Shown here piece after piece: positions 59,441 through 64,000 of a stretch of 64,000 nt of DNA (its first letter is position 1; the number at the start of each line of letters is the position of its first letter). Source of the DNA: Candidatus Margulisiibacteriota bacterium (GTDB taxonomy: Bacteria > Margulisbacteria > Marinamargulisbacteria > JBFWNS01); contig JBFWNS010000007.1 in assembly GCA_050250935.1 (NCBI GenBank), positions 32,001 through 96,000 of the forward strand, in the 5' to 3' direction. Both the position numbers and the translations under genes were made by a program. The notes under the pieces are model-generated. The model was not told the DNA's origin. It made no database searches and was given only the letters and a program-made list of their open reading frames with translations.

Positions 59441-61909
59441 TTAGGCCTCTACAAGGGTTTTGGCAGAAGCGGGTTTAACCTTTTTGGGGGCCAGGTGACG
59501 CACGGTAAAATGAATCGCACCTTTTTTGATGGTGGCCCGAATGGACAATTGCTCGCGCAGGTTTTCCTGGAGCATTTTGTCGGCCAAGCCATCTTCGAAA
59601 AACTCTTGAATGGCCCGGCGCAAAGGACGAGCCCCTTGTTTTTGATCGAAGCCTTTTTCGGCCAAAAAGTCTTTGACCGCGTCGTCGGCATGCACCACAA
59701 TGTTGCGTTCTTTAAGGCGGGTAAAGAGCTCGGCCAGCATGATGTCGACAATGGCGCGGATGTTTTCTTTGGTGAGCAATTTAAAGACCACAATATCGTC
59801 GATCCGGTTCAAAAACTCGGGTTTGAATTCACGGCGGAGTTCGTCGCTGAGTTTGAGTTTGATGGCATCATAAGCGGCTTTTTCTTCGTTGCCGGCTTTA
59901 ATAAAGCCAAAGGTGGTTTCTTTTTCGATGAACTTGCTGCCCACATTCGAAGTCATCACCACAATGGTGTTTTTGAAGCTGACTTGTCGGCCGGTGGAAT
60001 CGGTCAAGCGGCCTTCGTCCAAAATTTGAAGCAAGATGTTAATGACATCGGGGGAAGCCTTTTCGAGTTCGTCAAAGAGCACCACGGAATAGGGTTTTCG
60101 GCGAATGGGTTCGGTCAGCTGGCCGCCTTCGTTAAAGCCAACATAGCCTGGAGGCGAACCGATCAAGCGAGAAACGGTGTGTTTTTCCATGTATTCGCTC
60201 ATGTCGATTTTGATCATGGCGTCTTTGCTGCCAAACAGGTACTCGGCCAAGGTTTTGGCCAGCTCGGATTTACCGACACCTGTGGGGCCTAAAAAGAGGA
60301 AGGAACCGGCGGGACGGCGGGGATCTTTAAGCCCCACTTTCGAGCGTTTAACGGCCCGAACCAAGGCTTTGATGGCCTCGTCTTGGCCCACAATGTTTTT
60401 GTGAAGCTCTTCTTCCATTTTGAGGAGGCGTTTGGATTCTTCCACACTGATTTTGGTTAAAGGAATGCCGGTCCAAGCTGATACCACATCGGCAATGGTG
60501 ATTTCGGTGACCACTTTTTTGAGGCTGTCGACCTGGTCTTCGGGGAAGGTGGCCAGTTTGTCGTTTATTTTGGCTTCTTGGGTTTCCAAATCCACCACAG
60601 CTTGGGTGTCGCCATTGGTGATGGCCGTTAGTTTTTGGTCCAATAGAGACTCTTTTTCTTTGACCAGCTCTTTAAGTTCCGCTGGCGCAGACGAGGCTTT
60701 GAGCATAATTTTAGAGGCGGCCTCATCAATCAAATCCACGGCTTTGTCGGGTAAAAAGCGTTCGGTGATGTAGCGGCTGGACAACTCTACGGCTTCTTTA
60801 AGGGCCGCTTCGGTGATTTGAACATTGTGAAATTCTTCGTAGCGGGCTTTGATGCCTTTGAGAATCAGAAACGCTTCTTCGGCGCTGGGTTCTTCAACCA
60901 ACACCGACTGAAAACGGCGTTCCAAGGCCCCGTCGCCTTCGATGTGTTTGCGGTATTCGTCCAAGGTGGTGGCGCCAATGCATTGGAGTTCGCCACGGGC
61001 CAGAGCCGGTTTGAACAGGTTGGCGGCATCCAAGCTGCCTTCTGAACCGCCGGTGCCAATGATGGTGTGCAATTCGTCGATAAACAAAATGACGTTACGG
61101 GCTTTGCGGACTTCTTCCATGACCTTTTTGACGCGGTCTTCAAACTCGCCCCGGTATTTGGTTCCGGCCACCAACAGACCCAAATCGAGGGTGATGATGC
61201 GTTTGTCTTTGAGTTTGTCGGGAATATCTTCTTTTTGAATTTTTTGGGCCAGGCCTTCCACAATGGCAGTTTTCCCCACACCGGGTTCGCCGGTTAAAAC
61301 GGGGTTGTTTTTGGTTCTGCGGCTTAGAATTTGAATGATGCGTTCGATTTCTTTGCTTCGGCCCACCACGGGGTCGAGTTTGCCTTCGGAGGCCAACCAG
61401 GTTAAATCGCGACCAAATAAATCGAGGGTGGGGGTTGGAATGGCGTTTTGGGCTTTGGCTGGTGCATTGACCTTGTTGCCCAGTTGTTTGAATAGAACAT
61501 CTTTAAAGTTGGAGAGTTGAATGCCCATTTCGCTTAGCACACGGGCTGCGATGTTGGTGGGATCCCGGAAAATGGACAAGAACAAATGCTCTACATTCAC
61601 ATAGTTGTGGCCCAGTTTACGGGCTTCATCCCAAGCAAAAGTCAGGACTTGTTTGGCTTGTTGGGTAAAGGGAATATTGCCATATTCGGCCGATAGACCG
61701 CCATATTCCAAACGTTCTTCGATGGCGTGTTTGACTTGGTCAGGGGCAAAGCCCATGTCTTGAAGGCTTTTAATAACAACATTGTCGCCTTCGCCCATGA
61801 TGCCCAATAAAATGTGTTCGGTACCCACATAACTGTGGTGGAATTTTTTAGCCTCTTCTTGGGCCAACATGATGGCCTGAATGGCCTTTTCGGTGAATCT
61901 GGAAAACAT
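59441..61909 (-). CDS. clpC: ATP-dependent Clp protease ATPase ClpC
   Basis: MFSRFTE.A, two Clp-N repeats, [28 protein letters not shown] ClpP-binding loop. Confidence 0.96.
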   Translation of the reverse strand: MFSRFTEKAIQAIMLAQEEAKKFHHSYVGTEHILLGIMGEGDNVVIKSLQDMGFAPDQVKHAIEERLEYGGLSAEYGNIPFTQQAKQVLTFAWDEARKLGHNYVNVEHLFLSIFRDPTNIAARVLSEMGIQLSNFKDVLFKQLGNKVNAPAKAQNAIPTPTLDLFGRDLTWLASEGKLDPVVGRSKEIERIIQILSRRTKNNPVLTGEPGVGKTAIVEGLAQKIQKEDIPDKLKDKRIITLDLGLLVAGTKYRGEFEDRVKKVMEEVRKARNVILFIDELHTIIGTGGSEGSLDAANLFKPALARGELQCIGATTLDEYRKHIEGDGALERRFQSVLVEEPSAEEAFLILKGIKARYEEFHNVQITEAALKEAVELSSRYITERFLPDKAVDLIDEAASKIMLKASSAPAELKELVKEKESLLDQKLTAITNGDTQAVVDLETQEAKINDKLATFPEDQVDSLKKVVTEITIADVVSAWTGIPLTKISVEESKRLLKMEEELHKNIVGQDEAIKALVRAVKRSKVGLKDPRRPAGSFLFLGPTGVGKSELAKTLAEYLFGSKDAMIKIDMSEYMEKHTVSRLIGSPPGYVGFNEGGQLTEPIRRKPYSVVLFDELEKASPDVINILLQILDEGRLTDSTGRQVSFKNTIVVMTSNVGSKFIEKETTFGFIKAGNEEKAAYDAIKLKLSDELRREFKPEFLNRIDDIVVFKLLTKENIRAIVDIMLAELFTRLKERNIVVHADDAVKDFLAEKGFDQKQGARPLRRAIQEFFEDGLADKMLQENLREQLSIRATIKKGAIHFTVRHLAPKKVKPASAKTLVEA

Positions 61910-61960
61910 GGCCACAGGATAGCCGATTTGGGGGTATTTGAAAAGGCAGTAGGGTGTCTT

Positions 61961-64000
61961 TTATTGGCTTTGAGAGCCTGATTCGGTCTTAGCAACATTG
62001 GGTAAGTCGGGGGTGAATTCTGGTGCTAAGGCTGGAGGTGTATCGCTACTCTCAGATGTAAGTGGCGGTAAAATCCGAAGTGGCCCACGACCCAAGCGAG
62101 TAGCAAGAAGTTGTGCGGTGCCTAGTTTAAAAGCTTGTTGTTGATTCAGTGTAGTATCCGTGGGAATGGGTATGATAGTGGGCATAGGCACATGTGTTGG
62201 AATCGCCTTTCTGGATCTTCTTATTGCCTCAAAAGCAGCATGGAGGGGGGAAAGCGGGTCTGTTTGGGTCTCTTGATCGTGTAGAGGCAAAGAGCGGAAC
62301 ATGGTAAGGGGCTCATGAGAGTCGGCGGTGGAGGGGGTAGAGGCACCTGGGGGCTTTGCACTGCCAAGAGAGTCTAAGGAACTACCCACGGAAGGCACGG
62401 TGCTGGAGGTGTCGGAGCTTCTGCGCGAGGTCTCGGGACTGGGGGGATCGGAGAGTTGACCCAGCTTTGCTACAGATTTTTTGGTGAGGAGGTGAGCCGC
62501 ACTTTTTCCGTGATTGCAGACAGATTCCAATTGGGTAAGGATTTTTTGGAGATGGGCTAGTTGGGTCGAAAACCCTTCAGTGAGGGCGGTTTGTGGATTG
62601 GGGGCTGCAAGTTTTTGGCTCGTAAATAAGCCGAGGGCCTCTAGGTGGTTTTGAAATTGGGTTAGAAGGTGTTCGAGCCTTCTGGCAATTTCCTGTGTTG
62701 GGTTTTTATCAAGGAGTTTAATAATGGGAGAGAGTGTTTGGTTTACCGTGTCTTCGATTTGTTTGAGGTCCCTTGCAAATTGGGTTTGCAGGGTTATCAG
62801 GGTGATGCTGCCTGGGGCCTCTGTTTCTAAATCGGGGTTTTTGAGGATGGTTTTACAGGCCTTGTCGATCTTGAGCAGGGCTGTTGACAGCTCTGTGTTT
62901 GCTTTTTGAAACAAGCCTCGTTCTTTGATTCTTCGACAAATGGCCCCAATCATACGGTCTCGGAGTTTTTTGATGGTGTCTGGGAAAACGCATTGTAAAA
63001 ACATCAGGGCCACGCCCAGGGCTGCGGCGGCGGTTCCTCCTGCAATGGACGAGCTGGCATCGGTGATGGAGTCCAGAATGGCGGCGGTTTCTTCGTCGAG
63101 GTCGGGGAAGGTGATGGTAGCGGCGTGAAAAATTTCCCCGCAATAATCCCCTCGAATTCGAAAGGTATATTCCCCTGAAGGAGAGAGGGTGCCGGGATTC
63201 ATGGTGAGTTCGTTGGTGTCGGCATTGTAACTGAAATCGGAAACGGGGCGTCCGTCTTTGAAGACTTCTACGGTAAGGGTTCCTTGTAAGCCACGGATGC
63301 GGCTGCCCAGAAAGAGGGTAAATTCGTCTCGGTTCGTCCGGGTTTGGTTGAATGGAACAGTCACTTGGGGAAAATAAGGCGAAATGGGGATGGACACCGT
63401 TTTGGGCGGTTGGTTGGTGCTGCCAACCGTGATGTTTAAGCTGGATGCGGTGGTTGCCAGGGTGGTTGGCGACCAGCGGGAGCCTGCCCAAAACGTGTTG
63501 AGGGCTTGGGCCAAGCCGCTGAAGGTGTACTGATGGGTGCTGTGGCCGACCACAACCCCAGAACTATTTTCGGAAGGCGTAACTGAAAAACGGCTGGCAT
63601 CAAAATCAAGCAGCAATTGTGCAGGAAAAGGTCCCGAAAGGGTGACATTGGGCAAAGGAAGCAGACAAGGTTGGCCAGATGAAAACCGCTGGGTACTGCG
63701 GTCGATGTCTGCGGTGGTGCTGGGTTGGACAGTCCAGGTGGTTAAAAACCGAGCGGTTCGAATCTCTCCGGGTGTGGGGGCGGCGTTGTCGGTATCCACA
63801 ACGATTTGAATGATACTGGGTTGGTCTGGTCGGCCGGCTTGAACCGTGCCAGAAAGGATTCCGTTTGAAAAAGAAAGACCAGAATCCAAGGGCAGAATTT
63901 GAACAGTGGTGAACCGAACGGGGCCGTCATCGCAGGTAATGTAGTCGGTTAAGTTAATTGAAACCGTGTCGCCGGATTTAAGATTAAGCACTGGTAGACT
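61961..64000 (-). CDS. Large single-pass membrane protein with Ig/cadherin-like repeats, 5'-truncated by window edge
   Basis: Frame open to the edge; GLSFSNGILSGT and FSYNADTNELT..P...GEYTF Ig-like strands; TM AGGTAAAALGVALMFL; helical region then S/P-rich tail. Confidence 0.6.
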   Translation of the reverse strand, partial: SLPVLNLKSGDTVSINLTDYITCDDGPVRFTTVQILPLDSGLSFSNGILSGTVQAGRPDQPSIIQIVVDTDNAAPTPGEIRTARFLTTWTVQPSTTADIDRSTQRFSSGQPCLLPLPNVTLSGPFPAQLLLDFDASRFSVTPSENSSGVVVGHSTHQYTFSGLAQALNTFWAGSRWSPTTLATTASSLNITVGSTNQPPKTVSIPISPYFPQVTVPFNQTRTNRDEFTLFLGSRIRGLQGTLTVEVFKDGRPVSDFSYNADTNELTMNPGTLSPSGEYTFRIRGDYCGEIFHAATITFPDLDEETAAILDSITDASSSIAGGTAAAALGVALMFLQCVFPDTIKKLRDRMIGAICRRIKERGLFQKANTELSTALLKIDKACKTILKNPDLETEAPGSITLITLQTQFARDLKQIEDTVNQTLSPIIKLLDKNPTQEIARRLEHLLTQFQNHLEALGLFTSQKLAAPNPQTALTEGFSTQLAHLQKILTQLESVCNHGKSAAHLLTKKSVAKLGQLSDPPSPETSRRSSDTSSTVPSVGSSLDSLGSAKPPGASTPSTADSHEPLTMFRSLPLHDQETQTDPLSPLHAAFEAIRRSRKAIPTHVPMPTIIPIPTDTTLNQQQAFKLGTAQLLATRLGRGPLRILPPLTSESSDTPPALAPEFTPDLPNVAKTESGSQSQ

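Noticed and set aside
59045..60292. Long + strand ORF (415 aa) and similar antisense ORFs (45469-46602, 54618-55292, 49097-50533)
   Set aside because: Shadow frames opposite well-conserved genes (clpC/radA, response regulator, gltA, groEL)

Overview
A 64-kb stretch of bacterial chromosome made mostly of housekeeping genes. It includes rpmH-rnpA-yidD-yidC-jag-mnmE, mreB, metG, tyrS, a class A PBP, a 2-oxoacid:ferredoxin oxidoreductase, pgpH-ybeY-dgkA-CNNM, miaA-tyrA-aroH-birA, prmC-prfA-rpmE, groESL with a perfect CIRCE, gltA, folC-radA-clpC and three tRNA genes. Terrabacteria-type genes (clpC, CIRCE, aroH, pgpH) occur together with an LPS heptose gene (hldD). That mix suggests a non-photosynthetic diderm Terrabacterium, possibly Margulisbacteria; this is inference only. 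No CRISPR array, rRNA, transposase or integrase was seen. Best leads: (1) an unannotated candidate type I toxin-antitoxin locus at 12240-12500, with a 29-aa hydrophobic ORF, a sequestered SD, 5'-3' fold-back, and an antisense promoter plus terminator; (2) an orphan class I terpene synthase with all catalytic motifs but large disordered insertions; (3) a covarying three-hairpin element found only just downstream of tRNA genes; (4) an apparently inactive serine recombinase and an ATPase-less PcrA/UvrD derivative; (5) many genes with leaderless-type promoter spacing.
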